Origin: Armatimonadota bacterium
GTDB taxonomy: Bacteria; Armatimonadota; UBA5829; DSUL01
DNA length: 64,000 bases
Assembly: GCA_039811685.1 (NCBI GenBank)
Contig: JBDHZC010000002.1
Location: 192,001 to 256,000 of the forward strand
Direction: 5' to 3'
Positions 18,167-26,965 of the stretch are shown here, piece after piece. Made by a program: the position numbers and the translations under genes. The notes beneath the pieces are model-generated. The model saw nothing but the letters and a program-made list of their open reading frames with translations, searched no databases and was not told where the DNA came from. How positions within the stretch are numbered: the stretch's first letter is position 1; the number at the start of each line of letters is the position of its first letter.

Positions 18167-19843
18167 TCATGCGAAGAAATCCATCAGCGCGTTTGTGTCC
18201 GTTTTTCCGAAGAAAGTCTCTTGCTCATGCGACAGATCAGCCGGGCTGATACGAGCTCCGGAATACTCCGACGTGCGCGTCTGAGGCTGCTGCTGCCAGT
18301 GAAAGGCGCCGCGCTGCTGATCGAAATGTCCAAAGGAGGCTCCGAAGTCCGGCATGCTGAGGTTGTCCAGCTTCAAGCCTGCCTGCTGCAGGGTGTCTCT
18401 CAGGTCGTCACGGTGAGCCCAGAGCAGGTGGTTCGTCTGTGGCGACTCGGCGCGAAGCTGCGCCTGCACTCCCTGCGCCGTCAAGGCAACTTTGACATGA
18501 AGCACGCCAAGCTCTGGAGGATCTAGACGGACAGTCAGGCTGGTCGGGCCGCGCTGCGCAGCCCGCTGCGCCGCTTGCGCCACCTGCTCGATCGCGCGCG
18601 CGGGATTGGCCGCAGGGGTATCCTGGCTGGCCGGAGCGCCCGTTCCCGCGTCAGTGCGGCTTGTGTGAGCGCCCTCTGCAGTTGACCCGGCGTGGGCAGA
18701 GCTGTCAGCAAGCGCGCGCTCGAGGCCGTCTTCGGAGTTATTGCCACTGCTGTTATGCTGCGGCCGGCGCGCTTCGGTGACGCGAACAGTAGCGGACGAT
18801 AGCCCCGGAGAAGCGGACGCGGTATCCACGCCAGATTCTGACACAGCAGCCTTTGCTCTGGTCTCACTACTCGGGAGTTCGCTCTCATCAGTGAGCGGCT
18901 CGTCTTCAGATGTCTGCGAATTGCCCGAGAGCGACACACCGGGGAGAAACGACTGGGCGGCGACTTCAGCCTGAGCAGGCTGCGTTGCGTGCGGCGCTTG
19001 CTGCGAAATGTGTGCCACCGGCGCGACAGTACCGACTACCTGTGAGGGCTGGTCAACAACGGCGGATGGCGACGGATTGGGTTCGGGACCAGAATCGGAG
19101 GGGCCAGGCCTATGCTGCTGGCCGGAATAGCTTTGGGCGATTCCGACTGACGCGGACTGTCCGCGGAGCATTTCTACGGTTGGAGTAGTCCGGGATAAGC
19201 TATTCGCATCAGTCGTCTGGACTGGAGACCGTGCCTGCATCGTGAAGCTGGAATTATCGGAATGTACCGGCGTGGAGTCCGCCGGCGGGTTTGCAGCCGT
19301 AGAAGACGAGCGAGATTGATCAATAGCTTTTGTTGGCGACGTGACGCACGGCTCCACACCAACGGCCTGCGCTGCTTGAGCTAAGTCTCCACCTGCCGCC
19401 TGGTTCAAAGTCTCGGGCGCGATCGCTGCTGAAGGAGGTCTGTTCAGAGTCTCACGCGCAGAAGAGGGAATGCTATCAAGCGCCTCCGGCGCCACAGCCG
19501 CAAGATATCCGCTTTCAGCAGTGGACGTGGGGTCATGAACGCCCGGGGAGCAAATCAGGCCCGTCAGAGGGTAGGCTTGCCGGGCCAGCGCCAATGTATC
19601 GTCCTCAATATCCCGAGGCCCGCTCGGCCTGGGCCGGCTTTCGTCTTTGTCTGAGAGATTCGACTTGTGCCGGTTTGCCGGTGATTTCCCGCTGCCAGCC
19701 GTGGATTCAGTTGAGACGGCAAGCAACTGCTGGCTGAACGCTCCGCTCGCCCTGCCGTCCGGTGCGGTAGAACCGGGAGAAGGGGCAACCTCCGATGCAG
19801 GCGAGAGAACCGCCACCAAAGCGCTGCTCAAGGCATCACTCAC
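18167..19843 (-). CDS. fliK: Flagellar hook-length control protein
   Basis: Long S/A/P-rich low-complexity N-terminus and C-terminal 'LTVRLDPPELGVLHV...LRDTLQQAGL'; upstream of flgD. Confidence 0.9.
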   Translation of the reverse strand: MSDALSSALVAVLSPASEVAPSPGSTAPDGRASGAFSQQLLAVSTESTAGSGKSPANRHKSNLSDKDESRPRPSGPRDIEDDTLALARQAYPLTGLICSPGVHDPTSTAESGYLAAVAPEALDSIPSSARETLNRPPSAAIAPETLNQAAGGDLAQAAQAVGVEPCVTSPTKAIDQSRSSSTAANPPADSTPVHSDNSSFTMQARSPVQTTDANSLSRTTPTVEMLRGQSASVGIAQSYSGQQHRPGPSDSGPEPNPSPSAVVDQPSQVVGTVAPVAHISQQAPHATQPAQAEVAAQSFLPGVSLSGNSQTSEDEPLTDESELPSSETRAKAAVSESGVDTASASPGLSSATVRVTEARRPQHNSSGNNSEDGLERALADSSAHAGSTAEGAHTSRTDAGTGAPASQDTPAANPARAIEQVAQAAQRAAQRGPTSLTVRLDPPELGVLHVKVALTAQGVQAQLRAESPQTNHLLWAHRDDLRDTLQQAGLKLDNLSMPDFGASFGHFDQQRGAFHWQQQPQTRTSEYSGARISPADLSHEQETFFGKTDTNALMDFFA

Positions 19844-20382
19844 CGTTCGCCGCCTTTCCAGCGCGCCATTACAGCGGCAACATAGTTGCGCGTCTCTGCG
19901 TACGGCGGGATCCCGCCATATTTCTCCACAGCGCCTGGCCCTGCGTTGTAAGCGGCGACTGCAAGATCAGCAGAGCCCAACCGATCCAGCAGGCTCCGCA
20001 GATACCGCGCTCCGCCCATAATACTCTGTTGCGGGTCAAAAGGATTGTCCACACCGAGCGACCGAGCCGTTGCAGGCATGAGCTGCATCAATCCCTGTGC
20101 ACCGGCGGAGCTGACAGCGTTCGCGCGGCCACCGGACTCGCACATCATCACGGCGTGAATCAGCGCGGGGTCGAGGTCGTAGCGGCTGGCGGCTTCGGCG
20201 ATTATGTCCTGGTATCTGGCGCCCGCGCCTGTGTCCGCTGAGCTGCCAAGCGCAGCGGCAAACCGCGACGCAAAAGCGCCGGGCGAAGCAGCCGCGGAAG
20301 GCTCTTCTCCAGAAAGACGCGCGATGCGCTCTTCAATCTCAGCTATCCGGCTCTCTACATTTCTGACGCTGTCAATGTCCAT
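19840..20382 (-). CDS. Soluble lytic transglycosylase (SLT domain)
   Basis: 'CESGG', 'GAQGLMQLMP', 'AYNAG', 'GGIPPYAETRNYV'; stop overlaps the fliK start. ATG 20382 chosen. Confidence 0.92.
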   Translation of the reverse strand: MDIDSVRNVESRIAEIEERIARLSGEEPSAAASPGAFASRFAAALGSSADTGAGARYQDIIAEAASRYDLDPALIHAVMMCESGGRANAVSSAGAQGLMQLMPATARSLGVDNPFDPQQSIMGGARYLRSLLDRLGSADLAVAAYNAGPGAVEKYGGIPPYAETRNYVAAVMARWKGGER

Positions 20383-20441
20383 AACATTTCCGGCTGCAGA
20401 AGGCGAGTACGAACAGACGCACTCTTTGCCGTCACCTCTAT

Positions 20442-20468
20442 TAATCGTCACTATTTGCGCAGACTTTA
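20442..20468 (-). promoter_or_regulatory. Sigma-28 (FliA/SigD)-type promoter for slt-fliK-flgD-cheX
   Basis: Minus strand TAAA-N15-GACGATTA versus consensus TAAA-N15-GCCGATAA. Confidence 0.65.
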
Positions 20469-20655
20469 GAGATTTCTCGTGGGGTGGTGCTGGCTCAGGG
20501 CGCAGAAAGGAGGTGAAGAAGCCCACTTAAGTCGCGACACTGCTTTATCTGCAGACAAGTTGAGGGTAAAGACAAGGTTTTTTTGCGCAATTGCGCGAAG
20601 ATATCAGCAATGAAGGCGTCTCACATTGCTAAGCTTATGCGCAACGGAGTACGCT

Positions 20656-21693
20656 GTGCACCGTAGCCGCGTACACGCCACACTGGAGGACGTCGCGCGA
20701 GAAGCAGGCGTTTCACAGACAACGGTTTCGTACGTACTCTCTAACAGCAAGCACGCTCAGCGCATCAGCCAGGCAACCAAGCTCCGGATAGCCGAGGCCG
20801 CCGAGCGCCTGGGATACAGCCGCAACTCCATCGGCGCAGCCTTGCAGCGCGGCTACACAGATCTGGTTGTGCTGATGGCTGTAGGTTGGGATCTGGCGAT
20901 TGGTCATTCGGCTGTTACCATGGCGATTACACGCGCAGCGGGAGCGCAGGGGCTGGCGACAATTGTGGATGTCGCGTCGGATGACTCGGAAGCTCTGCTC
21001 TTCCTCAGACGCGTGAAGTCGCTGAATCCCTATGGCCTGTTCCTTCTCTGGGACACTGTCAGCCACCCGCTCCAGGACCTCATGCGCCTTCAGGAGTCCG
21101 GCCTGCCCATTGTGCATCTCATGCCGACAGGGGTTTCATCCATCCCCACTGTGACTGCCGACCGCAAGGCTGGTACGGTTATGGCAGTTCGCAGACTGGT
21201 GAGTCTCGGACACAGAAAGATTGGGATGCTCACTCACGCGGAATCGGTCAAACAAACGGCAATCCCAAAGATTGAAGGCTATCGCCAGGCCCTTCAGGAG
21301 GTGGGTATCCGTGAAGAGCCTGAGCTTTTTGAGGCGGTGGGACCGGAGTTCGACGATGGATACGAAGGGTTTCGCCGGCTCTATGGCAGACGTCCGGATA
21401 TTACGGCAGTTATCTCTGTGGGTGACCCTCCCGCGCTCGGAGCGATCGCAGCGGCGCAGGATATGGGCCTTCGAGTCCCACAAGAAGTATCCATCGTGGG
21501 GCACGCTGGGTCTCCGGAAGGGGAGAACTTCAGGCCGAAGCTTACAACTGTAGCGGCGCCCCCGAAAGCTGTAGCGCAACGCGCGACGGAGATGCTGATG
21601 GCACTGCGCAGAGGAGAGGCACAGCCCTCATCCACATTGATTCCTATGGAGATTATCGAGCGCGGTTCCACCGGCCCGGCGCGCCGGAATTGA
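20656..21693 (+). CDS. LacI-family transcriptional regulator
   Basis: HTH 'ATLEDVAREAGVSQTTVSYVL', 'LGHRKIG', 'GLRVPQEVSIVG', 'PKLTTV'. Start uncertain (20626 or 20656). Confidence 0.93.
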   Translation: MHRSRVHATLEDVAREAGVSQTTVSYVLSNSKHAQRISQATKLRIAEAAERLGYSRNSIGAALQRGYTDLVVLMAVGWDLAIGHSAVTMAITRAAGAQGLATIVDVASDDSEALLFLRRVKSLNPYGLFLLWDTVSHPLQDLMRLQESGLPIVHLMPTGVSSIPTVTADRKAGTVMAVRRLVSLGHRKIGMLTHAESVKQTAIPKIEGYRQALQEVGIREEPELFEAVGPEFDDGYEGFRRLYGRRPDITAVISVGDPPALGAIAAAQDMGLRVPQEVSIVGHAGSPEGENFRPKLTTVAAPPKAVAQRATEMLMALRRGEAQPSSTLIPMEIIERGSTGPARRN

Positions 21694-21702
21694 GGTGTTA
21701 CT

Positions 21703-21912
21703 GTGATTTTTCCGCCAGGCAAAATGCGAGTGATAGAAGTCTATGACGCAAAGCAGTCCGAAGAAGGCTGGCTGGAGCTTGACATCCGCAGCGTCGATCT
21801 GGAAGGCGCAGGCAAGATTTATATTGATCTTGACGAAATTGAGGAGCTGAAGGCGAGGCGGTCAGCGGAAACTGACGCTTTGGAACGGGCGAAAAAGCTG
21901 CTGGGCGGATGA
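21703..21912 (+). CDS. Small hypothetical protein (69 aa)
   Basis: GAGGTG RBS before the GTG, 9 bp after the LacI stop; protein-like acidic beta region then a helical tail. Confidence 0.65.
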   Translation: MIFPPGKMRVIEVYDAKQSEEGWLELDIRSVDLEGAGKIYIDLDEIEELKARRSAETDALERAKKLLGG

Positions 21913-21936
21913 GTGAATGGCGACTGGTAGTCCCGG

Positions 21937-22944
21937 CTACTGCGCCAGCGCGCGGACTTCTTCGTCTGAGAGCTCATGCGTAATCTGAACGGCCAGATAA
22001 CGCCCGGTGACGCCCGGCACCGCTTTGTACTTCGGGACACCCTTCACGCTTAGAATTATCTCATCAGTCGCCCGGTTATCAAGGCGAACGCAATCACCCG
22101 GTTTGAGAGCCAGGAGATTGTTGATGCTCACAGGCACGGTTCCGAGCAAAGCTTCCAGATAGACAGTTGAGGAGCCAATCTGTTCAGAGATTGCCTGCTG
22201 GATGGCCAGGTCTGGGCCTGAGCCGGTATTTTCCGAGCGCTGCGCGAAATCGTGCAAAATAGCCTCAACCGCGTGCGTTGGTACGCACAAAGATATCAAC
22301 CCCGCATGGGTTCCTATCTGCATCTCAAAGGTGACGCTGAGCACTCTATCTCCTGATGCGGCAGCCGGATTGGCGCTCAGATTCACGCCGGCCCTCTCAA
22401 GATCGCAAAAGGTGTGGCCATAGGGTTCCCATGCGCGCGTGTATTGCTTCAGCGCAGGGCGGATGACGCTCTCCATGAGCTTCATCTCGATCTCTGTGAG
22501 ATCCCGCGCATCCGGGCTGGAGTCCCCATCTCCACCAGTCATGAGATCAACCAGGCAGAAAACCAGATTTGGGTTCACTTCAATCAGACACCGGGCCCCT
22601 ACTGGATCGATGCGAAATGAAGAGAAAAACGTGGACGAAGGAGTGCTTTTCAGATACTCGGCAAAGCTGCACTGCTCTACGGTGGAGTACTGGACATCGA
22701 CTGTCGCACGCAACAGCGATGAGAGGTAGCTGGAAAGGCTGCTGGCAAGGGCACGGTGTACGGCTTCGACGCACTTGAGCTGATCCTTTGAGAAACGCTC
22801 TGGACGTCTGAAATCGTAGAGGCGCACTTCCGAAACAGGATTGGCAGCGCCTGAGCGGCGCGCGGAGGCGCTGTCAAACACCTGCAGCAGAGAGTCGATC
22901 TCCTGCTGTGAGAGGATTTCTGAAGAGTCTGTTTCGTTAGTCAT
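21937..22944 (-). CDS. fliM: Flagellar motor switch protein
   Basis: CheY-binding 'ILSQQEIDSLL', 'YDFRRPERFSKDQL', 'GGDG', 'RDLTEIE', C-terminal SpoA-like domain. Confidence 0.95.
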   Translation of the reverse strand: MTNETDSSEILSQQEIDSLLQVFDSASARRSGAANPVSEVRLYDFRRPERFSKDQLKCVEAVHRALASSLSSYLSSLLRATVDVQYSTVEQCSFAEYLKSTPSSTFFSSFRIDPVGARCLIEVNPNLVFCLVDLMTGGDGDSSPDARDLTEIEMKLMESVIRPALKQYTRAWEPYGHTFCDLERAGVNLSANPAAASGDRVLSVTFEMQIGTHAGLISLCVPTHAVEAILHDFAQRSENTGSGPDLAIQQAISEQIGSSTVYLEALLGTVPVSINNLLALKPGDCVRLDNRATDEIILSVKGVPKYKAVPGVTGRYLAVQITHELSDEEVRALAQ

Positions 22945-23059
22945 TCGGTCAGTGTGTGAAATCAGTTACAAACGCGAGAGTGTCCATCTGCGCTTCGTCT
23001 CAGAACTTGTCCCCTGAGACAGGTAAAGGTTTGTTCCCAGCGATGTCATCCCGTGGACA

Positions 23060-23536
23060 CTACTGCATAGCGAAGTTGGTGAAGTAGATTTTTCGCGCTT
23101 CAAGAGTCGGATCCGCATGCTCGAGCTCTTTCAGGATGTCTTCTTTCAGCCGTTCTTTTCCTTCGGGGCGCAGCAGTTGCGCGTAGCTGTAGTGGGCAAC
23201 AGTTGAGATAATGCTGTCGCGGATCACGGGCAGGCGTGGGTCCGCTGATCCTTCACCGTGACCTTCTCCGCCGCCCGCCGGCGCCTCACCCGCGATACCG
23301 AGATTGATCTCCAGCTTCAGGTAGTGCGGGTCCTGCGTGTCAGCCAGATTCACCACGAACTCCTCCAGGGGCATCATAACGAGCGCTTTTGGCGCGGGTC
23401 TGGCATCCTTTTTCGGTTTACCTCCCCCTTTGAGCAGAACAAAACCGGTACCTGCCAGCGCCAGCACGAGCACAAGGATGACGATTGGCAGAATCGGCAG
23501 CTTACCGTCTGTGTTGCGCAGTATTTTCACGTCCAT
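23060..23536 (-). CDS. fliL: Flagellar basal body-associated protein
   Basis: One TM, 'EFVVNLAD...HYLKLEI', 'IRDSI', 'EGKERLKEDI', 'IYFTNFAMQ'. Confidence 0.93.
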   Translation of the reverse strand: MDVKILRNTDGKLPILPIVILVLVLALAGTGFVLLKGGGKPKKDARPAPKALVMMPLEEFVVNLADTQDPHYLKLEINLGIAGEAPAGGGEGHGEGSADPRLPVIRDSIISTVAHYSYAQLLRPEGKERLKEDILKELEHADPTLEARKIYFTNFAMQ

Positions 23537-23596
23537 TTGAACCCGAGGCCTCCGAGACTCCAGACGCGCTCACAGCGCCATGGATTGTCCTTATTC

Positions 23597-23624
23597 CTAT
23601 CGGCAGAACCGACTCTGGGCTTCA
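23597..23624 (-). promoter_or_regulatory. Sigma-28-type promoter for fliL-fliM
   Basis: Minus strand TGAA-N16-GCCGATAG about 60 nt upstream of fliL. Confidence 0.6.
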
Positions 23625-23638
23625 GGGCATCCAGGCGC

Positions 23639-24487
23639 TCATCGCGTAGCGCGCGATATGCGCGTGGCCGCCGGGAGCCGAGCGCTTTGCTCGGTCTCCT
23701 TACGGGGCATTGGCCGGGCCAGCACCTGTGAAGTCTCCTCCGGCGTTTCTCTGTCGCTTTTCACCGGCCACGCGACGCTGTCCAGGTGGGCATTCACAAG
23801 CGCGACAGACTCTTCCGCTCGAATGGAAGCCAGGGCTGAGACAAGCGCCTCATAGCGCTGTTGCTCCGTGGATATCTCGTGGCTTATGCGCGCAGCAAGC
23901 GGAGCGAACAACAGGTGGGCTGCCAGCATGCCAGTGGCGGTTGGCACAAAGCAGACGGCCAACTGCTGCAACAGCGTCTGGGCGTCCGACTGTTGCAGCA
24001 GCGCCATCATCAGAAGCAGAGAAGACACGGTACCAACTGCGGGCGCGCTGGAGGCGGCGACGCTGAACACGGACACGGCATCCTTGCGCGCTTGCAACTC
24101 GTTCTGCGACTCCAGCCTCAGCACCTCTCTGAGCTCGCGGTGCGGCATCTGCGCGGCGATCAAGCCAGCCGCTCGCAGTACAAAGGGATGCTTGAGATAG
24201 TCCAGCTCGTGCCGGATCGCATGCAGCCCTGCACGCTGAGCTGTGCGCGCCAGCTCCCGGACTTCCTGTGCCGGGACTCCATCGAGGACAGGCTTTCGTA
24301 ACGCGCGCACGGCGCTCAGAAGCTCACGCACCGATCGGCACGCCATCAGCACTCCAAAGGTCGCCCCAAAAGCGGAGGCCACGCCAGCCCACACACCCGC
24401 TCCGGGGTGGGATGGCGTGACCTCGGGCAGAAGCGAAAGAGGAGCAAGCACCGATACAAGAGCAATCAGTAAGCCAATCAGCGTCAT
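23639..24487 (-). CDS. Divergent MotA-like (MotA/TolQ/ExbB family) membrane protein
   Basis: Four TM segments; 'GATFG', 'AQRAGLHAI...HPF', 'APAVG', 'LFAPLA' align by eye with MotA; occupies the motA position between flgE and fliL. Confidence 0.75.
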   Translation of the reverse strand: MTLIGLLIALVSVLAPLSLLPEVTPSHPGAGVWAGVASAFGATFGVLMACRSVRELLSAVRALRKPVLDGVPAQEVRELARTAQRAGLHAIRHELDYLKHPFVLRAAGLIAAQMPHRELREVLRLESQNELQARKDAVSVFSVAASSAPAVGTVSSLLLMMALLQQSDAQTLLQQLAVCFVPTATGMLAAHLLFAPLAARISHEISTEQQRYEALVSALASIRAEESVALVNAHLDSVAWPVKSDRETPEETSQVLARPMPRKETEQSARLPAATRISRATR

Positions 24488-24542
24488 ACTCTCATCCCTT
24501 CAAACTCCAGTCAGAACTCCGCGGGAATCCCAGGCTAGGGGA

Positions 24543-26426
24543 TTACCGCTTGAGCTGCACCAGCTCCTGAAGCACCTCATCCGACGTCGTTATGAGCCGT
24601 GCGTTCGCCTGGAACCCGCGCTGCGCCACGATCATGTTGGTGAACTCGGTCGGCAGATCGACGTTGGAGGATTCCAGAAAACCCGCCGTGATCCGACCGC
24701 GGCTGCCGTTGGCGGGAACTCCGATCTGCGCCAGTCCAGAGTTGGAGGTCTCCAACCAGAGGTTGTTTCCGGCTTTGGCCAGGCCGGCCGAGTTCCGGAA
24801 GTCCGCCATCGCAAGCTGTGCGAGCGACTTGCTGATACCGTTGGTAAAGCGGCCAGTGATGACGCCGTCTTTGCCGATGGCAAAGCTGTCAAGCGTTCCC
24901 AGCGCGAGGCCGTCCTGCCTGGCAGCGCCGACAGTGTTGTCACCCGCAAGAGACTTCACGCCCGTGAAATCGAGATTGAACGTCAGAGGGTTCGTGGCGC
25001 CATCCGGATTGGCCATTACGAAGTCCACGGCGCCGTGCGTTGCGTTCGCATTGCCGTTCTCGTCAAAGACGAGCTGTCCACTCCCGATATTGTCGCCTGT
25101 TCCGTCTATATTGTTGTAGCCGACGCCAAAGACATCATCGAGTGTCCAACCTGCGCCAGTTGTCGTCAGAGCGGTCAGGTTTCCAACACCCTGCTGATAG
25201 GAGGTCAAAGACAGCTTTCCGTTCGTCGCCGTTGCCGTCACCCCTGCCCCCGTCGCGTTGATCTTGTCAGCGACTGTCTCGGCAGTATCGCCAGGAGTTA
25301 CCGTAATCTGAAAACCATTCACGGTCAGCATGCTGTCAGCGGAGGGTGGCGTGAAGTAGTTGCCTGTCCCGGACACACTGCCTGCCAGAAGACCCAGCGC
25401 GCTCAGCGCCGCAGATCCAGAGCTTGATGAGATACGAATGCCGGCGTTAGAACCTTCCGTGGTCTGTGTGAGTACCAGATGACCCGAGCTGTCAATCTGC
25501 GCACCGACCCGATCCGGGGGGCTGACGCTGGCAAAGGCCGCATTTACCGCCGAGGCCACCTGAGCGGCCGTCATTCCGTTTGTAAGTGTCACCGTGACAA
25601 GTGGCGATCCGGAACCATCACTGAAAACAAGATCAGAGTTCGAGCCGAGCGTAAGTCCTCCGCTGATATCCTGGACTCCTGCGATGGTGGCAGCAGACGT
25701 GGCGCCAGGAGTGACCGTTGCCGGGGACGCCGCAGCGCGGTCCGGGCTGTTAGCGCTCCATATCCAGGTAGCGGGCTGGCTGGTCTTGGTGAAGGTGACT
25801 GTCATGCGGTGAGCGGCGCCGTGGCTGTCGTAGACGTCAAAACCAATGGATTTTTGCGATCCAGGAACCGCTGAAGAGTCGAGATTTCCGCCCAACTCCA
25901 CAAAGCTGGTATGCTTGGCGATAGACGTCTGACCGACGACGATCTTGATGTTATTGTGCTGCCCGATGGTGGTGCTGGTGTCAATTGCGCCAGTGTCCGG
26001 ATCCGCGGTCCAGCCCAGAACATGCATTCCAGAGCCCGTTGACACCAGGTACCCGGCAGAATCAATGTAGAAAGAACCGTCGCGCGTGTAGTACTTCTGC
26101 GTACCGTCACTGGTCATCAGATAGCCGCTGCCTTCTATCGCAACGTCAGTCGTTTTTCCTGTGGGCTGAAGCGTCCCCTGTGTGAGGATCAGATCTGCCG
26201 CGCCGACCGTAACCCCCAGACCCACCTGAAACGGGTTGGTTCCACCCAGTCCGGAATCGTTGGGCTGCGTCGCTCCGCGCAGCGTCTGTGAGATTACATC
26301 TTTGAAGACCGTGCGGCTGGCTTTGAAGGCGACTGTGTTGACGTTGGCCACATTGTTGCCGATGATATCAAGCTCGGTCTTGTGCGCCTGCACTCCCGAC
26401 ACTCCGTTGAACATCGCTTGAAGCAT
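24543..26426 (-). CDS. flgE: Flagellar hook protein (627 aa, with central insertion)
   Basis: 'GVSGVQAH...IIGNNVANVNTVAFK', 'DVAIEGSG', 'YTRDGSF', 'LESSNVDL...MIVAQRGFQANA'; GGAGG RBS before ATG 26426. Confidence 0.95.
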   Translation of the reverse strand: MLQAMFNGVSGVQAHKTELDIIGNNVANVNTVAFKASRTVFKDVISQTLRGATQPNDSGLGGTNPFQVGLGVTVGAADLILTQGTLQPTGKTTDVAIEGSGYLMTSDGTQKYYTRDGSFYIDSAGYLVSTGSGMHVLGWTADPDTGAIDTSTTIGQHNNIKIVVGQTSIAKHTSFVELGGNLDSSAVPGSQKSIGFDVYDSHGAAHRMTVTFTKTSQPATWIWSANSPDRAAASPATVTPGATSAATIAGVQDISGGLTLGSNSDLVFSDGSGSPLVTVTLTNGMTAAQVASAVNAAFASVSPPDRVGAQIDSSGHLVLTQTTEGSNAGIRISSSSGSAALSALGLLAGSVSGTGNYFTPPSADSMLTVNGFQITVTPGDTAETVADKINATGAGVTATATNGKLSLTSYQQGVGNLTALTTTGAGWTLDDVFGVGYNNIDGTGDNIGSGQLVFDENGNANATHGAVDFVMANPDGATNPLTFNLDFTGVKSLAGDNTVGAARQDGLALGTLDSFAIGKDGVITGRFTNGISKSLAQLAMADFRNSAGLAKAGNNLWLETSNSGLAQIGVPANGSRGRITAGFLESSNVDLPTEFTNMIVAQRGFQANARLITTSDEVLQELVQLKR

Positions 26427-26565
26427 GATAGATTCGAACCTCCGAATCGACGGTGGGCAAAGCCCTGTAGAGCGATTGATCCTTCGCGCGGCCGCAAATC
26501 TGAGTTGAACGCAGCCGGGCTTATGCGAGGCGGCGCAGCCACCGCGCAAGACCTTCCACTGAAAC

Positions 26566-26593
26566 TAAACGACTGGAGGTTGGACGAACTTTA
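26566..26593 (-). promoter_or_regulatory. Sigma-28-type promoter for flgE-motA
   Basis: Minus strand TAAA-N16-GTCGTTTA; shares the TCTAAAGT -35 context with the slt promoter and lies just after a terminator. Confidence 0.5.
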
Positions 26594-26635
26594 GAGTGCG
26601 CGGCGCTTAAATTCGTGTGCGAGTTGGAGACAAAC

Positions 26636-26665
26636 AAAAAAGGACAGCCGTTGTGGCTGTCCTTT
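26636..26665 (-). terminator. Rho-independent terminator
   Basis: Minus strand AAAGGACAGCC-acaac-GGCTGTCCTTTTTT. Confidence 0.85.
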
Positions 26666-26713
26666 CAAACTTCAACACGGGTGCGTCACCTCTTGCGTTC
26701 TTCTATCAGAAGC

Positions 26714-26965
26714 TTACTCGGTGTCCCACCCTTCAGCGATTGGCTCTTCAGTTCCGAATATCGAATCATCAAGCTTCACCGGCGGAGAAGTCGTCTCTTC
26801 AGTCTGCCAGTTGTCACAATCCCGACGCGAGCAGTAGAACATCTTCTTGCGTGTTCCGTCCGTCATGAGCACGTCCGCTACGTGGGCAAATCGGCAACGT
26901 ACGCAGTACATAGCGTCCAGAATCTTGACGACTTTGAGATTCTCCACATCCTTGTTCATTATCAT
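26714..26965 (-). CDS. Small Cys-rich (putative zinc-ribbon) protein with acidic tail
   Basis: 'CVRC' ... 'CSRRDC'; ATGA overlap with the upstream STAS-like gene; followed by a terminator. Confidence 0.75.
   Translation of the reverse strand: MIMNKDVENLKVVKILDAMYCVRCRFAHVADVLMTDGTRKKMFYCSRRDCDNWQTEETTSPPVKLDDSIFGTEEPIAEGWDTE

Noticed and set aside
17964..18170. 68-aa ORF between fliK and flgD
   Set aside because: No motif or RBS; the region looks regulatory and the ORF overlaps the flgD start.
26440..26600. c-di-GMP-I riboswitch upstream of flgE
   Set aside because: GGCAAA and GCAAA occur only on the non-coding strand, and the GAAA tetraloop/receptor arrangement is absent.
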